From positions 918,499 to 982,498 of the forward strand of contig OZ244802.1 of assembly GCA_965220135.1 (NCBI GenBank): a DNA stretch of 64,000 nucleotides. Reading direction: 5' to 3'. Position 1 is the stretch's first letter. Each line of letters begins with the position of its first letter. Positions 7,503 through 16,697 of the stretch are shown here, piece after piece. The notes under the pieces are model-generated. The model saw nothing but the letters and a program-made list of their open reading frames with translations. It made no database searches and was not told the origin of the DNA. The DNA comes from Chloroflexota bacterium (GTDB lineage Bacteria > Chloroflexota > UBA11872). The position numbers and the translations under genes were made by a program.

Positions 7503-9122
7503 ATGACCGACAGCAGGGTTGGGGAGTTGCGGGCGGCGGCGCGGGCGTTGTGCGTGGAGACGGCGCCGGTGGAGTTCGGGCTGGCGAATTATGACCTGGC
7601 CGGAGCGCTGCTCGAAGGGGATGCGCCGACCGACGAGTTAGAGGAAGCGGCGCAGGCGGCGGCGCGGGCGTTGCTGGTGTTCACGCCGCAAGAGCTTCCT
7701 GACCTCTTTGCAGGAGCAAGTGAACGACTGGGACAGGCGCAGTGGCAGGCCGGGCGCCGCGAGGATGCGCAGCGCACATACACGCAGACAGCTGGGGCGC
7801 TGGGCGCGGTTGGCCACCATGCGCTGCAAGCCCGGCTGCTGGCGGGTTACGCGCGGGCGGCCGGCCAGGCAGCGAAGCTGGACGATCCGTTCAGCGTCCG
7901 ACAGGCAGTTGGGGTCTTCGACGAAGCGATCGCGGCGGCGCGGAAGGCCGAGGCGCGGGGGCTGCTGGTGTCACTGCTGAACGGTTCGGGGCGGCTGCTG
8001 GCGAGCACTCCGGCGTCAGCGGATGAGGCGTTGTCGAGGTTCGACGAAGCGGCCGACGTCGTAAACGACGCCGAGGTGGGCGTAGCGATGGCGGTTCATG
8101 CAAACCGGGCGGCAGCTTACGGGTTGCGGGAGAGGGGCGATCGGGACACGAATCTGCAAGAGGCGATTGCAAGTTATAACCGGGCGCTTCACCTGCCCGG
8201 CATTTCGGAGCATCCAGCGGAAGCGGCGCAGCTTTACCGGGCGCTGGGGACAGCGTGGGGGCAGCGGCCGGGCGGGGACCGGGCGCAGAATCTGCGGCAG
8301 GCCGACAGCGCGTTGCAGACGGCGATCGAGCTGCTGCCGGCCGACGGCCGGGCCGACGAACTTGCGTCAATGTGGAACGAGCGGGGGCTGGCGCAGACGG
8401 AATTGGCACAGCGCGGGATTCCGGGGTCGACCGACGCGGCGGTGAAGGCGTTTCGCGAAGGACTGACGGCGGCCAGCGAGGGCGAGGCGTCGGCGCTGGC
8501 GGCTCAACTGGCGAACAACCTGGGGTCGGCGATCATGACGGCGGCGAACCAGGGGCTGGAGGCGTCGCTACCCGAGGCCACCGCGGCACTGGATCGGGCA
8601 GCGGTCCTGTGGACGTCGCTGGGTCGACCGGAGGACGCGGGAGCGAGCCAGCTGAACGCGGGGCTGGTGTACCTGACATTGCATTCGACAGAGCGGGACG
8701 CAACGTACCTGGACCGGGCAATCGAACGGCTTCAGGCTTCGAGCGTGGCGCGTCCGCTGGCGACGCACCCGGCGCCGCACGCGGTGGCGCAGTTCAACCT
8801 GGGGATGGCGCTGGCATTTCGAGCGCAGGGCCGCAGCGCGCCGGACCTGGCGGCGAGCGTGGATGCGTTTCGGGCAGCGTTGCAAGTGTGGACGGGTCCG
8901 AACGCTCCGCCGCAGGCGGCGGTGGCGCACGCAAACCTGGGGAGCATGTTGTTCGGGATGGCGAAGCAGAACGAGCCCGACTTGCTGCGCGAAGCGGCGT
9001 ATCACTACGAGCAGGCCCTACAGGTGTACACGCCAGACACGAACCCGCAGCAGCACCAGGTAATTTCGAACAACCTGGCGTTGCTTCGACAGCGGCAGGC
9101 GGCGGGCAATGGGGCGGTCTGA
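7503..9122 (+). CDS. TPR-like repeat protein (Ala-rich, hypothetical)
   Basis: 539 aa with repeated A..Y..AL..-type TPR-like helices (AIASYNRALHL, AVKAFREGLTA, AAYHYEQALQVYT). G-ending codon preference matches the downstream housekeeping genes. Confidence 0.65.
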   Translation: MTDSRVGELRAAARALCVETAPVEFGLANYDLAGALLEGDAPTDELEEAAQAAARALLVFTPQELPDLFAGASERLGQAQWQAGRREDAQRTYTQTAGALGAVGHHALQARLLAGYARAAGQAAKLDDPFSVRQAVGVFDEAIAAARKAEARGLLVSLLNGSGRLLASTPASADEALSRFDEAADVVNDAEVGVAMAVHANRAAAYGLRERGDRDTNLQEAIASYNRALHLPGISEHPAEAAQLYRALGTAWGQRPGGDRAQNLRQADSALQTAIELLPADGRADELASMWNERGLAQTELAQRGIPGSTDAAVKAFREGLTAASEGEASALAAQLANNLGSAIMTAANQGLEASLPEATAALDRAAVLWTSLGRPEDAGASQLNAGLVYLTLHSTERDATYLDRAIERLQASSVARPLATHPAPHAVAQFNLGMALAFRAQGRSAPDLAASVDAFRAALQVWTGPNAPPQAAVAHANLGSMLFGMAKQNEPDLLREAAYHYEQALQVYTPDTNPQQHQVISNNLALLRQRQAAGNGAV

Positions 9123-9870
9123 CCCGTACGGCGCGGAGAGTCGAGACCTAGCCTTGTTTTCCAGCATCGCCAGCTCTTGCGAGGCGTTCCGTCCTGCGCA
9201 GCGACGGGGCTGCCGTGACTCGGAGGGCGCTTCCGGCCGACCGTTGATCCGTCTGTGGTTCCGGGCCTTGTGCATCTGAGCCTGGAGTTGGCAGCACTGG
9301 CGGCGGTTGGGACTGATCGTGGTCTCGGAAGTTACGACCGCAGCCGGGTTGCGATCCTCCCTGGCCGACGGCTGCTTGCCGAACGTGAGCTTGCCGTGGG
9401 CGGCGGAGATTGAGGCAGCGCCGGCGAGTTTCTGGCGTCCACGCTGTGTGCTGGCCTTTGTGTCGCTGGAAGGGTTGACTGCAACGCGCGGGCAGGGAAC
9501 GTCGACCAGGCGAGTCGTGGCGGCCCTGGTGGGCTTCGTGGGTCTACTTGACGAGCCGGTGGCACTAATGGTGTTGGCGCTGTAGATCGTCTAGGAGGCC
9601 GGGTGGTTCATTCAGGCGCGACCAGGATGCGTCCCGACGGGTAGCGTAGCGGTACGTGCCGCTTCAGGACCGATTGGAGAGGCGTCGCGGGCTTCGACAG
9701 ATTCCTGATACAGCGAGTCGCGGTGAGCGACGCCGAAGGATTGGAGCTAATGGGGCGGGCTGTTGAAATGCCCGGGACGAGTTCACTAGCGAGCGGGGAC
9801 CGAATGAAAGGCTTGGATGTTGGCGTTCGGTAGTAGCTCGAAGCAGGCCGCCACGAACGGGAGTTGCGCG

Positions 9871-9899
9871 TTGACCGGGGGAGAGGGGCGTGCCAGTAT
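9871..9899 (+). promoter_or_regulatory. sigma70-like promoter for the SRP RNA (-35 TTGACC, 17-nt spacer, -10 CAGTAT)
   Basis: TTGACC at 9871-9876, a 17-nt spacer and CAGTAT at 9894-9899, about 8 nt upstream of the predicted SRP RNA 5' end. Confidence 0.55.
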
Positions 9900-9907
9900 C
9901 GAAATGA

Positions 9908-10176
9908 GGCCGCGCTAGGTGGGGAGCTAGCGGTGCCCTTGAGCCGCAATCCGCTATAGCGGGCTGAATCCCCGCCCGAGGTCCCTCCGCAACGTGTCTG
10001 CCGTCGACGCTCGGTATTGAACGCCGGGCCTCGTGCGACGAAGGCCTTCCAACCCCGTCAGGTCCGAGAGGAAGCAGCGGTACGAAGCCCCCTTCGGGCG
10101 CCGCGAGTCCACCTGGCCGGAGCCGCGGCCCGTCGGTAAGGCGTTGCTGGTGGGTTCGACGGCGGGTGCGCGGCCT
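9908..10176 (+). ncRNA. ffs: signal recognition particle RNA, large Bacillus-type form with Alu domain (4.5S/scRNA)
   Basis: Domain IV motif GTCAGGTCCGAGAGGAAGCAGC is present. The 5' Alu-domain segment GCTAGGTGGGGAGCTAGCGGTGCCC...GCAATCCGCTATAGCGGGCTGAATCCCC closely parallels B. subtilis scRNA. The 5' GGCCGCGC pairs with the 3' GCGCGGCC. It sits directly upstream of dnaX, a conserved synteny. Confidence 0.85.
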
Positions 10177-10187
10177 CTATCTCTATC

Positions 10188-11858
10188 ATGACGCTGCCGT
10201 CATGCCGGGAGGCTTCCGTGGCCGCGTCGCGTCCGCCATCGTTCCAAGCGCTGTATAACCGCTACCGCCCGCAGCGGTTCGACGAGCTAATTGGCCAGGA
10301 ACACGTGGTGCGGACGCTGCAGAACGCTCTGGTGCACAATCGGCTGAGCCATGCGTACCTGTTCTCCGGCGAACGAGGCACAGGCAAGACTACGGCGGCG
10401 CGGCTGCTGGCGAAGGCGGTGAATTGCCTGGAGGGTATCCAGGCGGAGACGTGCGGCAGCTGCGAGCACTGCCAGGCCGTCGCGAACGGGTCGTTCCTGG
10501 ACCTGATCGAGATGGACGCGGCCTCGCACCGGGGAATCGACGATATCCGGGAGATCCGGGAGCTGACGCAGTTTGCGCCAGGGGCGGGGCGCTATCGCGT
10601 ATACATCATCGACGAGGTTCACCAGCTTTCAGCGCCGGCCAAGGACGCGCTGCTGAAGACGCTGGAGGAGCCGCCGCCACAGACGCTTTTCGTGCTAGCG
10701 ACGACGGAGCCGCACCGGGTCCCGGCGACAATCCGGTCGCGGACGCAGCACCTGACATTCCGTCGCATCGGCGTGCTGGAGCTGACCGCTCAGCTGCGCA
10801 GCATTGCCGAGACCGAGGGCGCTGAGATCGAGGAGGCTGCACTACATACGCTGGCTCGCAACGCCGGCGGCAGCGCGCGGGACGCGGTGAGCTTGCTGGA
10901 CCAGGCGCTGGCCTATAGCGATAACGAGGCCACCGCGGATGCCGTGAACTCAATGCTTGGGCTGACGGGCCGCGACGCGGTGATCCAACTGCTCGGCCAC
11001 CTGCTGGACGGCGACGCGGCGTCAGGACTGCAGGCGATCGAACGCGCAATCGAAGACGGCACAAGCCCGAACACGCTGCGACAGCAGATTATCGACATCC
11101 TGCGGGACATCCTGATTCTGAAGACTTCACGCGAATCGACGTCCGTCGGCCACCTGACAGAGGACGAGGCGTTCGAGTTGACGCGGCGCACGGAGAATTC
11201 GAGCCTGCGCGACATCGTGCGCACGCTGGAAGTGTTCGCGGAGCCGGACCCGCCGTCACGGACAGGGGTGGACGCGACGCTGGAGTTGGAACTGGCGTTC
11301 GCGCGGGCGGTACTGGCGATTACGGAGACTTCAACGCCGGCGGTGACCGCCGCACAAGCCCAGGCAACCCGGCAGCCGGTTAGCGCGCCGGCCGCACTGC
11401 CACAGCCCGCGCCCGCCGCCAAAGCACCGGCCACGGACGTTGCCCGGCCGCCGGCACCGCAACCCGTGAGCGCGGCGGATGGCGAAATCACGGCGGCCTC
11501 GATTGCCGCCTGCAAGGACGCGTGGGTTTCGGTGATCCGCCAGGAGTCGCGCGAGATCGCGCCGTACGTTGGCGAAGCCGAGGTGATCGCCTATTCGGAC
11601 GGCACCGTGACCCTGGGCTACCGCAGTGGCTTCCTGTTCGACCGGGTACAGAGGCCCGATGCGCTTCGGCAAGTCGCACGGGCCCTGTCGCAGGTGCTGG
11701 GCCATCCGATTCAGATTCAGAACGAGCAGCGGGGCACAATGGCGCCAACGACACGCCCATCGACCGGGCCGGCTCACAATGACGATCCGGTCGTACGCGT
11801 CGCAATGCGCGAGTATGGAGCCAAACCGATCTCAGACAGTTCCGCCACGGGAGGTTGA
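10188..11858 (+). CDS. dnaX: DNA polymerase III subunit gamma/tau
   Basis: YRPQRFDELIGQEHVVRTLQNAL...LFSGERGTGKTTAARLLAKAVNC (AAA+ Walker A, clamp-loader motifs). An alternative GTG start at 10218 has a better GGGAGG RBS. Confidence 0.9.
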   Translation: MTLPSCREASVAASRPPSFQALYNRYRPQRFDELIGQEHVVRTLQNALVHNRLSHAYLFSGERGTGKTTAARLLAKAVNCLEGIQAETCGSCEHCQAVANGSFLDLIEMDAASHRGIDDIREIRELTQFAPGAGRYRVYIIDEVHQLSAPAKDALLKTLEEPPPQTLFVLATTEPHRVPATIRSRTQHLTFRRIGVLELTAQLRSIAETEGAEIEEAALHTLARNAGGSARDAVSLLDQALAYSDNEATADAVNSMLGLTGRDAVIQLLGHLLDGDAASGLQAIERAIEDGTSPNTLRQQIIDILRDILILKTSRESTSVGHLTEDEAFELTRRTENSSLRDIVRTLEVFAEPDPPSRTGVDATLELELAFARAVLAITETSTPAVTAAQAQATRQPVSAPAALPQPAPAAKAPATDVARPPAPQPVSAADGEITAASIAACKDAWVSVIRQESREIAPYVGEAEVIAYSDGTVTLGYRSGFLFDRVQRPDALRQVARALSQVLGHPIQIQNEQRGTMAPTTRPSTGPAHNDDPVVRVAMREYGAKPISDSSATGG

Positions 11859-11861
11859 CGC

Positions 11862-12158
11862 ATGTCGATGAAGATGTTCCGGCAGTTCCAGAAGCAGATG
11901 GAGAAGGTTCAGGACGAACTGAAGCAGATGACGGTGGAGGCCACGGCGGGCGGCGGCGCGGTCAGGGTGGTTGCCACCGGGGATCAGCGGGTGGTGTCGA
12001 TTGACATCGATTCAGCTGTGATCGATCCGGAGGACGCGGAGTTGCTGTCCGAAATGATCCTGGTGGCCGTGAACGATGCCATGGAGCAGTCGCAGGAACT
12101 GGCCAAGAGCAAACTGGGCGGGCTGACCGGCGGGCTGAAGATTCCGGGCCTGGGCTAG
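11862..12158 (+). CDS. ybaB: YbaB/EbfC family nucleoid-associated protein
   Basis: 98 aa. MFRQFQKQMEKVQDELKQMTVEATAGGGAVRVVATGDQRVVSIDID is the classic YbaB signature. Conserved dnaX-ybaB-recR order. Confidence 0.9.
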   Translation: MSMKMFRQFQKQMEKVQDELKQMTVEATAGGGAVRVVATGDQRVVSIDIDSAVIDPEDAELLSEMILVAVNDAMEQSQELAKSKLGGLTGGLKIPGLG

Positions 12159-12161
12159 CGC

Positions 12162-12764
12162 GTGGCGGACGCGCTGCCCCACGCGGTCACGCGGCTAATC
12201 GAGGAGTTGACGCGACTGCCGACGGTGGGGCCGAAGACGGCGCAGCGGCTGGCGTTCTTCCTGCTGCGCGGATCGTCAGGGCAGGCGCGCACGTTGGGGA
12301 CGGCGATTGAGGCGCTGCACGAGGGGATCCAGACGTGCGAGCGCTGCCGAAATTTCGCGGACAGCAACCCGTGCGCGATCTGCCAGGACCCGACGCGGAA
12401 TACGGCGTTGCTTTGCGTGGTAGAAGATCCTCTGGACTTGGTGGCGGTTGAGAATTCGGGTGGATTCAATGGGCTGTATCACGTGCTGCACGGAGCGATT
12501 TCGCCGCTGGAGGGAATCGGGCCGGACGACCTGACGATCGATCTGCTGGTGCGGCGGGCGGGGCGCGAGCGGATCGGCGAGGTGGTGATTGCGACCAACG
12601 CGACGATCGAGGGCGATGCCACGGCGATGGAGATCCGGCAGCGGCTTGGCGATCTTGGCGTGCGGGTTACTCGACTGGCGCGTGGACTCGCGACGGGCGG
12701 CGACATTGAGTACGTTGACGCCGCAACGATCGCGCAGGCACTGGAGGGTCGGCGTGAACTCTGA
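12162..12764 (+). CDS. recR: recombination protein RecR
   Basis: LPTVGPKTAQRLAFFLL (HhH), the C4 zinc finger CERCRNFADSNPCAIC, and a Toprim domain. GTG start. Confidence 0.9.
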   Translation: MADALPHAVTRLIEELTRLPTVGPKTAQRLAFFLLRGSSGQARTLGTAIEALHEGIQTCERCRNFADSNPCAICQDPTRNTALLCVVEDPLDLVAVENSGGFNGLYHVLHGAISPLEGIGPDDLTIDLLVRRAGRERIGEVVIATNATIEGDATAMEIRQRLGDLGVRVTRLARGLATGGDIEYVDAATIAQALEGRREL

Positions 12765-13470
12765 ACTTTCTGCCCAATCCGGCGACCAGGCGACGCGGCT
12801 GCGCTGGCTGGGTCACGCGACGTTTCTGCTGAGCAGTCCCGGCGGGGTGCAGGTGCTGCTGGACCCGTTTAACGTGGAACTCGGGTATCCAGTGCCTGAC
12901 TTGCCGCCGATTGACCTAGTCGCGGTCAGCCACGAGCACGCCGATCACAACAACGTGGGGCTGGCGCCGGGGACGCCGAAGGTCGTGCGGGGCATCTCGG
13001 ACAGCGGCTGGCATCCGGGCACGGTGACTGTGGGGGACGTGACGCTGAGCATGATCGGCGGGGCGTATCACGACGAATCGCAAGGCCGGGAGCGCGGACG
13101 TACAGCGTTCATGTCGTTTGAGGTGGGCGGGCTACGCCTGCTGCACCTGGGGGACCTGGGGCACCGGTTGGATACGAATCTGCTGGCGCAGTGCCGCGGA
13201 CACCAGGTACTGCTGATCCCGGTGGGTGGTTTCTTCACGATCGACGGCGAGACGGCAGGCGCGACGATGGATGAGATTGGGCCCGCGATCGCGATTCCGA
13301 TGCACTACCGGACGCCGCGCTTACCGGGACATCCCACGGCTCCGCTGAACGAGACCGGATTCCTGGTTGGCCGCGAGGTGCGGCGGGTGGCGGAGACCGA
13401 GATAGCGCTGCGGCCGGAGGAGCTCCCGGCGCTGCCCGAAGTCGTGGTGCCGGCAGTGCCGGGCGGCTAG
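12754..13470 (+). CDS. MBL-fold metallo-hydrolase
   Basis: LRWLGHATFLL...VSHEHADH matches the HxHxDH metallo-beta-lactamase motif. The GTG start overlaps the recR end by 11 nt, with a GGAGGG RBS. Confidence 0.7.
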   Translation: MNSELSAQSGDQATRLRWLGHATFLLSSPGGVQVLLDPFNVELGYPVPDLPPIDLVAVSHEHADHNNVGLAPGTPKVVRGISDSGWHPGTVTVGDVTLSMIGGAYHDESQGRERGRTAFMSFEVGGLRLLHLGDLGHRLDTNLLAQCRGHQVLLIPVGGFFTIDGETAGATMDEIGPAIAIPMHYRTPRLPGHPTAPLNETGFLVGREVRRVAETEIALRPEELPALPEVVVPAVPGG

Positions 13471-14021
13471 GTTCCCGGTTGGCGCGGGGGCAGGCAGGTT
13501 ACTTCGGCATCCTTGGTCAGATCGTCAAAGTACGCCTCGCGGACGTTGCCAACTTCGACGGAGGAAATTCGCGCTGAGACCCGCACGGGTTCGTGGACGA
13601 GGCAGCGAAGGGCCGACTCCCAGCGCAGCGTGACGCCGGCCCGCAGGCGTTCGGGAACCCAGGTCAGCGTCTTGGTTTCGCGAGCACCGCCGCCTACTTC
13701 CCGGCCGCCTTCGTTCGTGATCTTCGCGCGGGTGGTTGGACTGTAGTCCCGGTCCGATCCCGCATTTTCCGCGAGCGTCAGGGAGGTTTCGACCAGGACG
13801 TCGGTTTGACCGATATTGGTCGCCAGCAGAATCACGTTCGTGCGGCTGGGGCCGACTTCCTCCGTCTGAATCTCGAATTTGAGCTCGGGGTCGGGGGTGG
13901 GCGTGGCGAGGGGCTCGACAGTTCCGTCGCACGTCATGGCCGCCAGTCCAAGCGACAGGACGAGCACTAGCGCGATCACGGACGCCGGGCGCCGTCGTAA
14001 GGCAGAGTTCCGCAGGTTCAT
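13467..14021 (-). CDS. hypothetical lipoprotein (signal peptide + lipobox LAAMTC)
   Basis: N-terminal MNLRNSALRRRPASVIALVLVLSLGLAAMTCDG is a signal peptide with a Cys lipobox. No recognisable domain. Confidence 0.55.
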   Translation of the reverse strand: MNLRNSALRRRPASVIALVLVLSLGLAAMTCDGTVEPLATPTPDPELKFEIQTEEVGPSRTNVILLATNIGQTDVLVETSLTLAENAGSDRDYSPTTRAKITNEGGREVGGGARETKTLTWVPERLRAGVTLRWESALRCLVHEPVRVSARISSVEVGNVREAYFDDLTKDAEVTCLPPRQPGT

Positions 14022-14034
14022 GACATAGAGCTTA

Positions 14035-15234
<1,200 letters not shown>

Positions 15235-15406
15235 TTGAGCCGTGCAGTTCCGACGGCCGCTCGGCACATGGGGATCCTGGCCAGTCCTCCGAACTCTCGA
15301 CGGCCAAGGCTCTAGCCGAGCGCGACCGGTTCCGCGCATACTGTAGGCAGCGTGGACGAGGCACCCGGGCTCGGAGCCGGGTGCTCATTCGGGCGGTGGA
15401 GGCCCA

Positions 15407-16690
15407 GTGTCAAGCGCACCGTCCGAGACCGGTTCGTCAGTCAGCCTTGAGCGACCGGCCATCGTGGTCCTTTTGGGCGTATTGCTGGTGGCGGCCATGG
15501 TTACGACGTCGCCCATTGCCTATTGGCTGCTCTATGCGCTGGGCGGCCTTGTGCTTCTCTCCTACGTTTGGACTCGCAATGCCGCGCGGTCGTTGGCACT
15601 GCGTCGACGACTTCGCGGACACCAGATCACTGTTGGCGACGAAGTCCAGGAGGACTTCGAACTCGTCAATATGAGCCGCCTGCCGATTCTGCTTGTGGAA
15701 GTGGATGACCATTCGGAATTGCCCGGCTATCAGGCGTCCGTCGCTGAGAGCCTCGGTCCTCGACAGCGAAAGCGCTGGATCTCACGAGGTCTGGCGGAAC
15801 GCCGCGGACTCTATGGGCTCGGACCGACGGACCTACGCGTTGGCGACCCATTCGGAATTTTCTCCTCGGAGCGTCGGATTGACGTACGCAGGACGATTGT
15901 GGTGTATCCCCCTATATCGATCATGGCGGACGTCGAGATTCCAGCCGGCTCGATGGTGGGCACCTCGCGATCGTCTATACGCACGCACCAGGTGACGTCA
16001 GACGCCGGCGGGATTAGAGAGTTTCAACCTGGCGATCCACTCAAGCGAATTCACTGGCTTTCCAGCGCGCGCAGGTCGCAATTGTTGGTCAAGGAGTTTG
16101 ATCTGGAGCCGACGGCCAATCTCTGGATAGCTCTAGACCTGCATCGGGACGTTCAGGCCGGCTACGGCGATGAGTCCACGGAGGAATACGGCGTCAAGAT
16201 AGTCTCGTCGTTGGCCCATCAATTCGTGCGCGACAACAAAGCGGTTGGCTTTGTTGCCCTGAGCCGGCAGGGGCGGCACTTGATCGAGCCTCAGAAGGGG
16301 CTGAAGCAGCTGTGGCGCATCCTGGAGACGCTGGCGGTCGTTCAGGCCACTGGCACGGCGCCCTTTCACGAGTTTCTTTCCGCCAGCGCGGCCGGGCTGG
16401 GTCGCGGTACGAGCCTCGTGGCGATTACGCCCTCAGCCGACGCACGATGGCTTACGAGCCTGACTCAACTCGGCCACCGCGCGATTTACCCACTGGCAGT
16501 CGCGATTGACGCTGCAACGTTCGGGCCCAGCGAATCGAATGCGAGTCTGCGACCGGCGGCAGCCGCCGCTGGAATCGGATTCGTGGGCGTTGAGCAGGGC
16601 ATGCGTTTTGAACTGCTTAAGGCCGACGGTCAGAACTTCGCCGAGATTGAACGCACCCAGCGGCGCCCCGTGACGCTGGCGCCGGCGTGA
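15407..16690 (+). CDS. DUF58 domain protein (MoxR-system-associated vWA-like)
   Basis: N-terminal TM helices plus GIREFQPGDPLKRIHWLSSARRSQLLVKEFD, the DUF58 core motif. GTG start with a GGTGGAGG RBS. Confidence 0.8.
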   Translation: MSSAPSETGSSVSLERPAIVVLLGVLLVAAMVTTSPIAYWLLYALGGLVLLSYVWTRNAARSLALRRRLRGHQITVGDEVQEDFELVNMSRLPILLVEVDDHSELPGYQASVAESLGPRQRKRWISRGLAERRGLYGLGPTDLRVGDPFGIFSSERRIDVRRTIVVYPPISIMADVEIPAGSMVGTSRSSIRTHQVTSDAGGIREFQPGDPLKRIHWLSSARRSQLLVKEFDLEPTANLWIALDLHRDVQAGYGDESTEEYGVKIVSSLAHQFVRDNKAVGFVALSRQGRHLIEPQKGLKQLWRILETLAVVQATGTAPFHEFLSASAAGLGRGTSLVAITPSADARWLTSLTQLGHRAIYPLAVAIDAATFGPSESNASLRPAAAAAGIGFVGVEQGMRFELLKADGQNFAEIERTQRRPVTLAPA

Positions 16691-16697
16691 GCGCGGC

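Noticed and set aside
9123-9870. RNase P RNA, tmRNA or 6S RNA in the long non-coding stretch
   Set aside because: No P4 (GGAAAGTCCGGGC / ACAGAACCCGGCTTA) or tRNA-like tmRNA 3' end was found. This is left as an open question in the findings.
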